From: an uncultured Akkermansia sp.
Lineage (GTDB): Bacteria; Verrucomicrobiota; Verrucomicrobiia; Verrucomicrobiales; Akkermansiaceae
Reading direction: 5' to 3'
Length of the DNA stretch: 56,227 bases
NCBI GenBank assembly: GCA_964424645.1
Contig: CAYRJI010000001.1
Span: forward strand, 1 to 56,227
Of the stretch, positions 55,570 to 56,227 are shown piece after piece. The position numbers and the translations under genes were made by a program. Position 1 is the first letter of the stretch, and every line of letters starts with the position of its first letter. The notes under the pieces were generated by a model, which had not been told where the DNA came from, made no database searches, and saw nothing but the letters and a program-made list of their open reading frames with translations.

Positions 55570-56227
55570 TCTTTATTTTGCAGCCGCCTGTCACCGGGTA
55601 TTTCGAGTTACGCAGCTTAATTTCGTATGGCAGCTCCTCTCCTCTCTCCTTTATTTGCACCTCTACGCAATGATTTGCATCGAGTGGTACACCGTTGATT
55701 TTGCCGCTTTCTATGGCATTGTCAGCCCCCTCAATTACAGACACCCGAACAGACACTCGGACGTTACCCGGAGCCACATCCTTCCGGGGGAGCACATCAA
55801 ATCGGAAATCTATCACCCTGCCGGGGAACTCAACTTGTATATCCTTCTGCATCGGATCCACCCGTACCCCCTGTTCGGCTGTGCCGTCCGTAGTAGTACC
55901 CGAATTCCCGTCCGTCTCCGTGGCAGTGCCATCACCACCCTCCGGTTGCGGCGAAGTGCCTTCCTCTGGTACGGGGACGGTAGGCGTGTCGGGAACTGTG
56001 TCGATGGCAGGTGTTTTGCCCTCGCTGCCTCTCACGTCCGGAGTTTCCGCCGTACCCTCCTCCGTTTGAGGAGCCGATGTTGAATCCACTGTGGGAGATT
56101 GCGTGCCCTTTCCGTCCTTCCCGGTGTTTTCTTTATCTCCGTTGCTCGGCTCTGCCGGTATCCCCTGTGAAGCCACCCGTACCCCCTGTTCGGCTGTGCC
56201 GTCCGTGGTAGTACCCGAATTCCCCTC
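55553..56227 (-). CDS. Partial CDS (starts beyond the right edge): Thr/Gly/Glu/Pro-rich linker plus beta domain paralogous to the 53521 protein
   Basis: Frame open to the window edge (EGNSGTTTDGTAEQGVRVASQG...); overlaps the start of the next gene. Confidence 0.8.
   Translation of the reverse strand, partial: EGNSGTTTDGTAEQGVRVASQGIPAEPSNGDKENTGKDGKGTQSPTVDSTSAPQTEEGTAETPDVRGSEGKTPAIDTVPDTPTVPVPEEGTSPQPEGGDGTATETDGNSGTTTDGTAEQGVRVDPMQKDIQVEFPGRVIDFRFDVLPRKDVAPGNVRVSVRVSVIEGADNAIESGKINGVPLDANHCVEVQIKERGEELPYEIKLRNSKYPVTGGCKIKIETTK

Overview
Bacterial chromosomal window, most likely from an Akkermansia-like Verrucomicrobium (inferred from a Verru_Chthon cassette A-like gene and the PVC-type ExbBD/TPR locus). 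The backbone is housekeeping: rpsB-tsf, ybeY, tadA, gcvTHP, tRNA-fMet, def, tRNA-Leu, exbB-exbD-exbD-TPR, gltX-queA, bamD-lptE-rsmI with a two-component pair, an RluD-like synthase, a Nif3-like protein, hprK and an SLC13/kinase/receiver/porin operon. Two isolated defence loci are inserted: an MmeI-family type IIL RM gene and a Septu-like ATPase+HNH pair. The right end holds an accessory cluster: a Zn-ribbon/FHA ABC transporter, a Hanks kinase with a C2-like tail, a probably inactive trypsin-like membrane protein and a partial paralogue. Three unannotated signals stand out. (1) A candidate split invertible promoter at 53042-53238: inverting the 157 bp between 20-bp inverted repeats would build TTGACA-17-TAGACT in front of the kinase operon. 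(2) A modular CTTCGTA-heptamer repeat family at about 13 intergenic loci, including two ~268-bp copies with terminal inverted repeats; it supplies the C-terminus of the RM enzyme and possibly -35 boxes of both defence loci. (3) Many apparently leaderless genes. All calls were made by eye from motifs; no database searches were run.
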